From Cycas panzhihuaensis (Eukaryota > Plantae > Cycadophyta), in contig CM041465.1 of the NCBI GenBank assembly GCA_023213395.1, positions 249,123,741 to 249,187,740 of the forward strand: DNA of 64,000 nucleotides. The letters are read 5' to 3'. Made by a program: the position numbers and the translations under genes. This document shows positions 27,237 to 40,400 of the stretch, in pieces; position 1 is the first letter of the stretch, and each line of letters begins with the position of its first letter. A model generated the notes under the pieces. That model had not been told where the DNA came from. It saw only the letters and a program-made list of their open reading frames with translations, and did not search any database.

Positions 27237-27875
27237 TGTCTACAGGAAGATGAGTCATAAAAGATTTGAGGACAAAATGGAGCAAAATTTCAATTTTAGG
27301 TTGCAATCTAAGTGCAACTAGGTACAACTAGGCCTGACCAAGAAACAACTTGAACTACGACCAGATCACAAAGTTTGCAATACATGTATAACTAGGTACG
27401 ACCAAGTACAACTTGAAGTGTGGCCAGGTGCAACCTCAACTACAACCAAGTCATACAATTGCAATATGAGTGCAACCTAGATTGTGACCCGAGCCCAAAT
27501 TACAACTAAAAGATAATCAAAGACTCAATGTTCCATGTAAACACTATATAATAAAGTTGTTAAGAGGATTGAATGATTAAGTTGTTGATGTAACAAATTA
27601 TGATATACTTTGTATAAAGCAAGCCCGATGTATGAAATGTATATATCTCATAGTTAAAATTTATCTTTGTATCTTCCACTATAACAACTTGCACCACAGC
27701 CCATAACACACAGTTGTATTGTTTAACCTACAACTAGTTGTGAGAGGACCAGATGCAACACCCTTTATGAATAATAAAGACTCTGGCTTGCATGCTCAAT
27801 AGGTGTAATTCCATCTTGTGCTTGCTTTATGTGTGTAATCTACTAAAATTGAAGATACAAATAAGGCAACACACA
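27237..27875 (+). repeat. 3' LTR of Gypsy A
   Basis: TGTCTACAGGAAGATGAGTC...GCAACACACA followed by TSD CTCAC. Confidence 0.92.
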
Positions 27876-30174
27876 CTCACCCTTCACAAAAAACACACTA
27901 GCTTAGTTAGGTTTATTTTTAGTTATTTTTCCTATTTGTTTATTTCTTTTTTATAATACTCTTATACATGTTTAAAGCAATCCAAATTTTACCCAATTTG
28001 GAGCACAAAAATATCATACTCTTTATTGATTTTCGACAAAATATTCATGTGAATAGGTGTGTGTGAATATGCATTCAAAAATAATATTTCTTAAAGTGAA
28101 AATTGTTCATGTTATACCTTTAAACGAATGCAAATAAACCTTTTTCTTCACAATTTTTGAGACTCAATTATACCATGTTTATCAAATTCCTAATGAACCT
28201 TCAAACGCAAACAACCCAAATGAATATTCACTTTGAATTTTATAATTTTCTTATACGAAAAAATTAATCATTCAATGTGTATGATCATGAACATTACAGA
28301 CCTTATTCTAACACGACACTTCCCCTCAAATAACCAAAAACAAACCCCTTATATCGATGATTTTTGGCTCGTCATTTCAGTGAAACTAATAACGCAACAT
28401 TTTGTTCATATTTTTAACAAATATATGAGCTAGCAAACACACATATATACATCATTAAAATCATATTTCTAAGGGTGAGAGTGAACATCAAACTTGTGTT
28501 GAAATGGCATATTCTGACATATTACAGCACCTTGTTAATGACATCAAATCAAACTTTATATTTCATATTTTAATGCATGAAATTTGATTTGCTTATCAAG
28601 TCAGTATTCATCATTTTACTTTCACAATATAAAAGCAAGATTTGAAATTAAGTTTTGATGTTTTTGATGCATTAAATATGTTAAAATTTGTAATTATTGT
28701 GCACTCAGTCATCCTTTATGCAACATTGATAATAGGTATGTTTATAACTTTCATATAGTTAAACAAGGGATTTTGAGCAGTTATTGTGCATATGGGCTAG
28801 AGTTGATTATAAGCATTTACATTTCATTTTTTCTAAGATAAAATAAACCAGGAGGAAAGGGCATTTGTTGCATTGGCCACTTAGTTGATTTTCAACTTCA
28901 AATTAACCTACAAAACTAGTGACTAATCAGCAAAATATTGCTTTATTTAGATACATTTAATATAGGTGCATTAGGGACTTAGTTTGCACATCATTTTCAT
29001 TTCGATTTTGAATTAACTCATGTAAGAGCTAAGGTGCACATTGCTATAAAAAATTGCAAAAAAAATTATACATGCCAAAAAGCAACAAAAATTTTCATTT
29101 TTGTTTCACAAACACACACTTGACGAACACGGCATTCGACAAATCCCTAGTGCCACCTCTTGCTTTCGGTCATGCGCGTTATTCATTCGACATCTTGGGT
29201 TGTGTCTTTTACCACAATGAGAAAATGAAACAAGGCATCATCATTGAAATATTTTCACTTAATCAACCTGTCATATCCCTTGGGATCCTTGGATATGTCC
29301 TAGGTGTTTGTCACGTCAAAACTCTATTCCACTACTCTTACCAGGACATTACTAGACTAAAAGCCTCCATGCAAGCAAGGACTCGTACTATGCCAAAGAC
29401 CCAACTAGCTAGGGCTAATTCTCTAGTAGGGGTGCAATTGCATTGGTGCCCTTTACCTATTAGAAACTATCTAAAAGAACATGAGGTTTTCTTTGATTCT
29501 GGTAGCTACGTGGTTACCAAAGAGTAAATGGGTTGGATCTATACTCGCTCTTTCATAGCATATCACGAAGTCGTGGCTGGTTGACTGTTGTTCTATCCAA
29601 AGACCATAGGAGACTTTATCTTGCCACCGCCCGTACCATTCAAAATAGCTTGAGCTATCTTATGGTTTGCCTTAGAGTTTATCGCCAAGGTTAGAGACAG
29701 TCATGCTAGCAAGGTGAGGCTACAATACCAAGGGAGACCACCAAGTCATCCTTGCTCGACATACTAAATAGTCAACCTTAACAACCTTAGGTTGGCCTTT
29801 CCCACATTCCTACAAAAAAATATTAGCACAATAGCCTTGTACTAGTATTTCGTCTATAGTGGGGTTGAGCCCACACCAAGTTAGTTTCTATTATTTTTCA
29901 TATGCGTATTTATCCCCCAAGGTCTTTGAACACCAAGTTTGATAATCACATAAATTAGATTATGTTACACATGCCTCACAATCACTCGATTGAGTGCCTC
30001 ACCATCCCTCTCCCCCCCCCCCCCCCCCCCACACCACCACTTGCCTCCTTAATTCATTTATTAACACATAAAATGTCGATTTGGGTGTGAACTCAATTTC
30101 ACATTGAGTATATGACTTAGTTTAGATGGAAACTGAGGGTATCATTTCCATGTCAGCATTTTTCTTACAATTAT

Positions 30175-33100
30175 TGTTGACTCTACTATCTCTCTACTGA
30201 GATAAGTTCACTTGTCAAGGGATCACTGGTAGTCTAGCTTTAGGATACAGTCAACGTGCTTCTTTTCTCATTAATTATTATTAAGGTTATCACTTATTCA
30301 TCCTTAATTTATTACACTGTCATCACAACTTCCACACAGCAATATAACAAACAATAGGTCTTCACTATACAAACATCATGGTACACATAAGACACAATAT
30401 TCCACGTAACCGTTTACTTTATTAAGCAATATGTCCCATACATTCAGTTTTGGAACGTATCCTACATACATTCCAACCCTATACACAAGGTCTATTACAT
30501 GTGTCCCGAACAAGGAATGTATCCGGAATGCATCCATTGGATTCTCAATTCATACCACCTTCTTACTAGTTGTCATACTGCCTCATGGAAGGAATGCTCG
30601 ACTCTCACCCTTCAAATTATACCATAGGATTGAATCACTCAGCTCTCACCACTAGAATGATCCTCAAAGATCTCCTTAAATGGGTCCTATTTCCTCTGAT
30701 TCGGCATCAATAGTTGGAAAGGACCTATTGATGGGTGGGTGTATCTCTAAGGAAGATGAGGAAGGACTGCTACTTCCTTTCCCAGGTTGTAATAAGGATA
30801 GGGACGAGTAATCTACCTCAGGACCCACACCTAAGGCAGAGGAGGGTTTAAGGTTAGTACTAGATAATACAGAATTAGAAGGTAGGTATATTAGAAGTAG
30901 GGGTGTTTAGGTCTAGGGTTGGGGTTAAGTTGTCATCAATTTCTACACTACTACCTATATTGTCATTAGTCCTTATATAATCAAAAGATTTAAACTTAAT
31001 GCCAATATCATCAGTTACACTTTTGGAAAGCAAATTACACCAATAAGAAGAGGAACTGACTTCATATGCATCTTACAGCCAATAATCCATGAATTATGAC
31101 CCGTTTTCGTTGTTGGACGAGTTGTTAATCTCTCTAAACCAAGCGGGTTCTATCTCTTGGGGGTTTATCAACTTAGTCGATTCTTCAGTGGTTCGATACA
31201 AGCTCCCCTCGTCAAAAGATGATGTTGTTTCTTCACTCTCTATGGTCGCGTTGAATGCATCATCGGGTATTATTTCGATGGAGTTCTTCCCCAACATTGA
31301 GAGGACTACTTCGCTTCCGCCATCGGATAACGTAAAAGTAATGTCTCTCCAACTCTTAAGACATTGGGTCTTGTATAACCATGAGCGTCCCAACAATGTT
31401 GGATAAGGTGTCACCCCTTTTTTTGTTTCCACCATGGTGAAATCAATTTTGACCGCAATTCCAGCAACGTCCACTTTTATATTCGTGAGTTTCCCCACTA
31501 GTCTCACTAGCAATTCATTCGCTAACTTTAGTGAATAGGTCGTTGCTCCAATTTGGGGCTTCCCAATTTCTGCCATGTTGTGGTGGGTAGGACATTTACT
31601 GTTGCTCCTCCATCCACGATTACTCTTGAAAATCTCTCCCCCAAGACTGTTATTGTGACCATTAGATCCAAGTCAAAGGATAGCATTATTTTCTTCAGAC
31701 TCTTTATAGTTTCCTTTTGTTGCAATATTCCAGCCTTGATCCAATCAATTACTTGGTATAAGGGAATTGTCAAATCCAGTTGCTTCACCAAATTCTCCAT
31801 TAATAACAACATCCTAGCAATTTCCTCCATCGGTGCCCCTTTAAATAATTCTTCTGCCTAAACTAATTGGAGTTGCACCTTTGGTTCCTCTGGCTTTGTT
31901 TGGGTTTTATTTTTTTCAGCATATACATATTTTGTTTTTGATTTCCCCATGGGTAACATTATTTCATTTTTCTTGCTTGGCTAGCTCCTCCAAAACTTGC
32001 TTTGTTTGCTTGAAGCGGCTTATCTCTGTTTTGGGGTTTGGATAATCTTCACTTGCGAGTTCTTTTCCTCTCTGTTTATTCTACAGCTTTACATTCTTAC
32101 TGTCTTCTGGAATAATGGTCATTAGGTTGATCGCCTTTGCCTTTCCTCTGCATTCCTTCGTTCTATGCTCACTTGGCCCGCAATTGTTGCATACGAATGG
32201 TTTATGTTCATACTCCTGTTTGGTTGGGCAATCCAACTTCCAACGCCTGAATTGCAGACAAATCAAACACCTTCCCATTGGTTGTTTTTTCTTTGAAGAT
32301 TCTGGCGTACTTGTGTTGTACAATTTTTGAGGTGGGTTGCTTACCCTGCCTCGACCTCGCCCTCTATAACCTCTCCCTCTAGGGTTATACAAGGATTCCC
32401 TACTGTTGTGACTATCCATGTCGCATATATAGCACCACTTATCCCTTTGGTGCATTGCACTATTTTTGGATTAATTTCGCACTCCTTAGTTGTATGCGAG
32501 CTTTCCTTGCATATATGACACCATTTCTCAATTTTGAATTCTCGATTTTTTTGTTTCTTTGCTTCCTCTTTTCCCTTTTCCATTTTCAATCTAGTCACCT
32601 CCTTTCTTAAGGCTTCAATTTCTAAATCTTCCTCTGATACTCCCACTTGACAGAGGGGTCAATTGTGTTGATTTTGCTTCATTTCTTTTATTTCGTCTTG
32701 CAACCTAAGAAATAAAGGGTCGTGCCCTCCACTTTGGGCATCCATTTCTGCTTTAAAAATCCAATGCAAAATCTTGAGCATTTTTTAATGATTTCAGGGG
32801 ATGCACATGCATCATAGATCTTAACTTCTCATTCAGCCCTCTAACATAGTAGTTTTTCATATTGTGGTCTATGATTGTTTCGTTTATCATATTGGCAGCG
32901 ATTATTTTCATTCTGTTGAAATATGTCAATACAAATTCCCCTGCCCTTTGCCTTATTTCCCTCAAGGCAATCTCCACAACTTCATTGCTCAGAAACGTTT
33001 GGAATCTCTCTTCAAAGGATTTCTTTATTTTTGCCCATGTTTCTGTTCTGTCCAACACCTTGTAGCATGCCAATGGTACTCCCTTTAATGTGCAAGCGAA

Positions 33101-34973
33101 TCTTGCCTTTATTTCATCTCCATCTGTAATTTTTTTCACATCAATTAAGCTTTGAAATAGGTACACATGCTCTGTTGCATTCGATATATCATTGAAGATT
33201 AGTTTTCCAAAATCCCTCAAGTTGTCCATCTTTGGCAACTGCATTGGTGTCCTTCCCAATGGCGATCTTTCTCCTTTTGCTTTTTCCAAGGATTCTTCTT
33301 TTCTCCACCCTTTGCTTTAGGTGGTGTATTCGGGGTGCTTGGTGCAACACTCTCTTTCCCGAATAAAGGATTGTTTAATGGTGTTTTTAAATGTATAGGT
33401 TTTGGTACTCGTGGCACTTGTATCGTCAATGGTGTAACTATTAGATATGATTGCTCGGATCCATTGTCTGATGAATCCTCAAATAGTTGCCTAATGAATT
33501 TATTTTCCCAATATGTTGAGGGACCTTCCTCTGCTTTCTTCTCGTTATTGCTTAGGTCCTTCGGGATATTATCCACATTTGTATGTTCCTCCTTCCCTAG
33601 GGTGTCATTTTGTTCCAAATCTCCTTCTGGATTTTCCTCCTTTTCCGGGCTTAAAGGTCATACTTAATTGGGGCAAATGTTAGTACCATTTGCTCGCCAT
33701 TTCTTTTCTCTCTTTGTTCTTGAGGTGTCTAGGATCCACTTGCCTCAGATTCTTCAACGGACTATCCCTTAATCTCGTTATCATGTAGACTCAATCTTCT
33801 TGCCCTTCTTAATTTTGATTCCTTTGACCATCATAATGCCCTTTGTCTGCTTGTTTCTTTCTCCTTAGGTGAAGTACCCTTTTGTGGCTCTCCTGCCTTC
33901 GAAAGCCTATTAGGTGGCATTGGAATGTCCCCTGGCTATGGGAGGCTTAGTTACAGCCTGCCATCACAATGACAGTCAAGGTCCTCTATCATTTGAACAT
34001 TCTCCCCTTGTGAAACTCTTGGCCCAGTCCCTCCTCAGTGGACGTAGTCAACGGAACCAATGTTGACTCTACTATCTCCCTATTGAGATAAGTTCACTTG
34101 TCAAGGGATCACTGGTAGTCTAGCTTTAGGATACAGTCAACATGCTTCTTTTCTCATTAAGACTATCAAGGCTATCACTTATTCATCCTTAATTTATTAC
34201 ACTGTCATCACAAATTCCACACAGCAATATAACAAACAACAAGTATTCACTATACAAACATCATGGTACGCATAAGACAATATTCCACATAACCCTTTAC
34301 CTTATTAAGCAATATATCCCATACATTCAGTTCTGAAACATATCCTGCAAATGTTCCAACACTATACACAAGTTTTGTTACATGCGTCCCGAACAAGGAA
34401 TGAATGCCTCCGGTGGATTTTCAATTTATACCACCTTCATTGACTTGCTGGCTATGGTACTACCTCATGCAAGGAATGCTCGGCTCTCACCCTTGAGAGT
34501 ATACCATAGGATTGAATCACTCGACTCTCACTATTGGAATGATCCTCAAAGATCTCCTTAAATGCGTCCTTTTGATGCCTTTTGATGAAGGGTTATGACC
34601 CCTAGTCATAACTATACCTTTTTGGCATCAAAGTAACCTTTCACTTTAACACATGATTAAGTTCCTTTAATAATATCTTTTCCATCCAAACGTCTGTACA
34701 TATGTCCATCTAGGCTGACGTCATCACCTTTGAGCCTCTTTAGGTCCGATCTATTCATATGTTCTTGGTCATCTGTTAACGTACCGAGAACAATACGCTC
34801 TCTCTATTGCGTTACTGAAATGGTACGCACCTGTCATATGTAACCAAAATGCTCCTTTTCTTGACTTTTTCTACTATGTCCACATCCGTACAGTTCGTAC
34901 CTGCATTCCACTGCTCAATACAAACCTACATTCCTTTTCCCACATAGCCTATGTGTCAAAATATCCCCCAACA
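30175..34973 (-). mobile_element. Internally deleted Gypsy element B, related to A
   Basis: 5' LTR 34061-34973; partial 3' LTR 30175-30688; TSD ATTAT/ATCAT; PBS TGGTTCCGTTG at 34059-34049; gag and protease (DGGATVN, LLGRSWL) present; RT, RNase H and integrase absent. Confidence 0.9.
31094..33618 (-). pseudogene. gag-protease of Gypsy B
   Basis: ORFs 33217-33618, 32753-33289 (capsid-like), 32341-32646 and 32081-32455 (Cys/His knuckles), 31528-31830 and 31094-31576 (aspartic protease). Confidence 0.88.
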
Positions 34974-35949
34974 ATCATACTAATGACTCGAATCATGTTA
35001 TGGTTACTTGTCACCATTCCTTTCCTTCTCTTCTCTTACCTTTCCTTCTCATCTCTTACAATGTCGCATCAGGTTCCTGTTAACCCCTAGGTTTTCTCGA
35101 CATCTAAGAGGTTTATCCCCCGTTCGTCTTCATACGCTTGACCAGGGTTTTGCCTCTCGAAAGTCAATAACTCCATCTCTTCCCCTTTGTATTTTTAACG
35201 CTACAGTTGTTTCATACCCGACGACATTTGTTGTCGCTTGCCTATTTACTATGAATCCACATTACTTTAGTTTGTGTCAAGTTTCTAAAATCACCATGGG
35301 TTCTAAAGCTAGAAGTCAATCCCCTTCACCTGCTAAACCTATGTGGGGATTCCAAGGGGAATTCGCACCTCAAACATAAATAATATCCACACACAAGACT
35401 ATGTTCTAGAGTTTTGTATAAGCAAACAAGCACTAAAAACAAATATTGAAGTGCAAAAGTATAATATCCACCACTTTTATAGTCAAGTAGACTGAATATT
35501 AAAGTGAAATAACACCAATAATGTATATACAAGAGATACCAAACTTACAATAAGACTAAGTCTCTAGCTTCCTCTTGGAAGCAAGGCACCCTCCCAAAAA
35601 TAGCTCCTTAAGGCCAAAAATATGGTAGATCTAAAACTCGAGTTGATGCTAAAACCCTAGGCCAAAAAGTCCTATATATATACAACCGTGTCCCTATTAA
35701 GGAAGCCGGATAGAAAGGCCAATTAAACTTGACTAGAGTAATGAATACAGTTGGCCAGATTAACTAACATAAGTCGGCCAAAATATGTAATAAATCCAGC
35801 CAAAAGAACTAATATAAGTCGACCAGAATAATTAATATAAGATGGCCAAATTATTTAATGAAGTGAGCAAAACTTCTACCATAGAAACACCATAAGTCTC
35901 TCCACTTGAAAACATGCTTTGCCCTCAAACCATGGGAAGGTTCGTACGT

Positions 35950-38900
35950 TGTTGGTACTAATCTTCTAATTCCCAAGTGGCTTCTTCGTGGTCAAGAGTC
36001 TTCCACTTTATCAAGTACATAAATTTCTCTAGAACACAATTTCTTAGCTCGTATTTGTAGGTTGCCTTCTAGTTCCATTATCATCTTGCCTTCTCCGTCC
36101 AACACCGGGAACTCTGTCTCTCGGGTGGTATTTTGGCCTAACTTTTGTCTAAGACATGAGATGTGGAAAACACTATGGAGGCGACTACCTAGTGGTCAAT
36201 CAAGTATGTACGCCACTTATCCTACTCTGTCTAAGATCTGATATGGAGCAAAGAACCATGGTTGTACTTTGAATTTACTTAATTGTTTGATCATGGCTTG
36301 TTTATATGGTTGAAGTCTTACAAAAACCCAATCTCCTACCATGAATGATCCTTTTGTCCTGTGTAGGTCCACTTATTGTTTCATCCTATTCTTAGCCAAA
36401 ATTGCATTGTTCTAGCCATTTGCTCTTGTTGTTCTTGAATAGATTAGATTTGTGAGGTACTAGCCCATGCGAGAAGTGATAGGGGTTCAAAGCCATATAA
36501 TGCTTCAAAGGGAGTCATTATGGCAGTTGTATGGTAGGTGGTGTTGTACCACCACTTGGCCATGTGAAACCATTTATGCCATTGCTATTGTTTGTTGGAT
36601 GCAAAATTTTGTAGATGTCCTTCAAGACATTTATTGAATGGCCCAGTTTGATCATAGGTCTATGGGTGATAGGTCACACTCATGCAAAGTTTTATGCCTA
36701 CTTTCTAAAATAATTCTTGCCAAAAGTTGCTTGTGAACTTGGGATCACGATCATTGACAATGACATTCAAGAATCCATGAAGGTGATAGATCTCTTTGAT
36801 GAAGAGCTTGACAATCTAACTTTCCTTTTGCGATTGCTTGGACTCCATTGACATAGGCATATTTGGTTACATGATCAAATATGACAAAGAATTTGTCCTT
36901 GCCTTCTAATCTCGGGAGCCCTATTATAAAATCCATTGAAATTTCTTCTCATTCTTGTTCTGGTGTATGTAGGATTTGGAATAGCTCCAAGCTCTTTACG
37001 CTTTTGCTCATGTTCCTTTGACATATGTCACATTTGAAGATGAACTTATGGATATCTACTTTCATTCCCTTCTAGGAAAATGTGTTACAAACTTGGCAAT
37101 AAGTCTTGTCAATCCCCATGTCCTATTGTTGGAGTGGATTGTGCTTTGAGAAAACTTTTATCTTTGAATACGAACGAAGCTAGTACCACAATCTTTCCAT
37201 TCCATAGAAGTAGCTCACCTCTGAGTTCATATTCGGATTGCCCTTCAATGTGAATTTGTTGTAGTATTTTCTGTGATGTCAAGTCCTCCCGATACTCTCA
37301 TGTTAGCTTTTGGATCCAATTTGGAGTAGTTGTAAAGATCACCTACATGGAGTTATCTTCCCACTTGGGTATATCCTCAGGAATTCTTGATAATTTATCT
37401 GCAACGACATTTTCTATTCCCTTATTGTAAATGATATCAAAATCGAATGCTTGAAGTTTACTTACCCATTTTTGTTCTTCATCCAATAAGGTTTTCTAAT
37501 TTAGAAAGTATTTGACACTGTCACGATCAATCTTAACCATAAATTTACTTACTAATAAATGTAGTCGCCATTAGTGTACAATGTGCATAATTGCTAGCAA
37601 CTCCTTATCATAAATAGGTTTTACTTGTTCCCCTATCTTGAGTTTGTAACTTTCATATGCTAGTGGTTGGACATCTTGGGGAAGCACAGCTCCTAGCCCT
37701 ACCCTTAACGTGTCATATTCCAAAACAAATGGGCAACTAATATCTAGGTTGCAAGTACTAGGGTTGTTACCATTGTCATTTTCAATCACTGGAATGCTTC
37801 CCCTACTAGTTTGCTCCATGGGAATCCCTCTCTTGTTTTTAGATCATTCAATGGTATCTCAATGTCGGTATATCCTTTGATGAATCGACATAATAAATTG
37901 ACAATGCATAAGAAGCTTCTCACACCCATTCCATTCTTTAGTATGGGAGATTCTATAATTGCTTGGACCTTTTTAGGGTCCATTTTGACACCTTCTTGGG
38001 TGATAATGTGTCCAAGATATTCTATTTATGTTTGCCCAAAAGTGCATTTTCCCTTGTTTGCAAGGAACTGGCTATCTTCTGGCACTTCTAGTACAGCCTT
38101 GAGGTATTCTAAGTTCTCTTCCCATGTTCAGTTGTAAATCAATATGTCGTTAAAGAATACTAAAACAAGCTTGCATAGGGAGGGTTTTAGTACCTCATTC
38201 ATGGTGCTCTGGGATGTGGCCAAGACACTAGTTAACCCAAATGGCATGACATGGAATTCCAATAACCCTACATGAATTTAGAAACTTACTTTGCATATGT
38301 CCTCTACCTTAATGTGGATTTGGTAAGATACTCAACACAAATCAATCTTCAAAAAATACTTAGCTCCGTGTAGTTCGTCAAGTAGATCGCCTATTCAAGA
38401 AATTAGGTGCCTTTTCTTGGACTAAGATCTTCTTAGAGCCCTCAATAGTCAACACACATCTGATACAATCCATCTTTCTTCCAACTTAGTATAATTGGGC
38501 ATGTGAAGCAGCTAGAGCTAGGGGTAATCTATCCTTGCTGCAAGAGCTCTTGAGAAATTTGTTCAAGCTCCTTGAAATGATATGGGTGCCAATATGGTTG
38601 AATGTTTACTGGTGTAGACCCTAGGATTAACTTGATGTTGTGTTCGCGTCCACAACTTGGTGGTAATCCATCGGTTGGGTCTTCGAAGGCTTTGTTGTGT
38701 TGATCAATTTGTGTTTGTACCTCCTCTAGAACATCTTCAATTGAGATTTTATAGCATGTCATCACATGTGAAGCCAAGTTTTTCCTCAACAACTACTCCA
38801 TTCAGTACGAGATCACTAGTTGGGTTGTGGTGTCGGTGTTGCTTGCAACCTATGCTTATACCCTTTATGAAAAAAACTCCTAAAATGGGTCTTGCAGTTG

Positions 38901-40400
38901 GTAACAACATTTTCAAGTTTTCCTAGCCATTGAATGCCGAGGACTGTGTCAAGTCCTCCTATGGTCATAGTAAGCACAATTGTACTTGTAGAATAATCTA
39001 CCATTTCTAATTGCACCCTCTCGTAGTAACCTCCACATGGCATGCTCTTTCTATTTATCATAGAAATAGCTTGAGGGATTTTATTTAGAGCCTGAATTTA
39101 GTTGTTGTTGATCTATTTATGAAGTTGCTTGTGTTGTCACTATCCATCCAAATTGATATCACTACATTTTTTATCCCCCCCTTCAAACCATAGTGTTTGA
39201 GGGGTGTTGACCTTTGTTCTAATTGCCTACAGCAATATATGTATGTTTTTTACTTCCATCTCATTAAGTAACTCCTTGATTTTTGCTTCTTTGTCAATTG
39301 GTTGCAACTCTTCTTCCAATTCATTTGAGTTTTGGATGTCCTCGTTGTTGATCATGAATACCTTTTTCATTGGGCACTTGTGCTCACAATTCCATTTTCC
39401 TCTATAATCGAAGCAAGTACATCTTTTTAGATGTCCAACCATGAACAGTTTAGATCTTGTGGGCCTATCTTCTTTCTCTTATTTAAGTGAAGGTTCAACT
39501 ATGATGCCTAAACTGTTCCAATTTGGTTGGTAACTTTGGCCCTAATATCTAGGGCCTTCATTGCAGCAAATGTAACTCTGTCTCCCTTCTCAAAATTCAA
39601 CTTCAGCGTTCTTTGCTTGGAGGATCGCTTTACATAACGTCACTACTCTCAATGGTTTTAAGAGCAATTTAATATTCCCTCTGAGCCCTATAATATATTC
39701 TTGTATTAGTAGTTCAACCTCAATATCCCTGGTGATCAAGCTATGTAGATTATGGAATTGTTCAGTAGGCTAGTATTGAATAGGTCTGTTATAAACACAT
39801 AATCAGGGTGAAGAAGTTTGTGTTCCAGGTGCCTTTGTATTGCTCTGTCAGGTACACTTTTAGGAAATCCCAATTGTAACATTCTATATCTTGATAGATT
39901 ATATTCCACCAACGAAACTGCTTAAGTGCCTTCCCATATAAATGAAGACATGCCACTAAGATTTTGTCTTTCGTCTGTCCATTGTTCATCTAGAAGTAAA
40001 TTTCCATCTAAATTATCCAACTACAAATGTCCTTTGGCTTTTTTAAATCAAACTTTTCCAAAAGAAAATTGGTATCCCTAAGCCCATAGCTTGGTCAACC
40101 TTGCCAATCTTCTCAATCTCTTTTCCTAAAAAATTCTTCCCATTTGTAAGATGGACTTACATCATCCTTGAAGTGATCCAATCTCTTGTTGCATCTCTAT
40201 ATAGCTCCACTCATCATGCTTCTAAGGCTCGCTATGTTGTTCTTCATGCTTGTTAAGTCGTCAGTTATGGCATCCGCTCTTAGAAACTTGTCCTCTAATG
40301 TTATTAATAGTTGGTTCTCTATTTTGCCTGCTTCAAACCTTCTCCGAGATCTTAACTCCGTTCTATGACAAAAAGTTTGGCCCCTTTTCTGCTCAGATGC
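35950..40400 (-). pseudogene. gag-pol-chromodomain of H
   Basis: PVNIQPYWHP; RT VLVFFNDILIY (~38150); DPKKVQAI; RNase H FVLEYD..YDKELLAI; integrase MDFIIGLP; chromodomain YLIKWKTLDHEEATWELED (~36018-35962). Confidence 0.88.

Larger units (their letters stand above)
9852..27875 (+). mobile_element. Full-length decayed Ty3/Gypsy non-chromovirus A (Athila/Tat-like), interrupted by Copia C
   Basis: LTRs 9852-10474 and 27237-27875; perfect TSD CTCAC (9847-9851, 27876-27880); order gag-PR-RT-RH-INT; purine tract AAGGGAGA before the 3' LTR. Confidence 0.93.
9479..29150 (+). mobile_element. Putative non-autonomous Helitron-like element (~1.6 kb once Gypsy A is removed)
   Basis: A|TC start at 9479, CTAG|T end at 29150, weak subterminal hairpin CGAA..TTCG (29124-29138), AT-rich interior, no TSD; rejoined flanks give a ~50-codon open frame on the minus strand. 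Confidence 0.45.

Noticed and set aside
29054-29527. 157-aa plus-strand ORF
   Set aside because: Crosses inferred element boundaries (29150, 29269) and has no motifs; likely chance.
30012-30030. Poly-C run
   Set aside because: Simple homopolymer with no supporting context.
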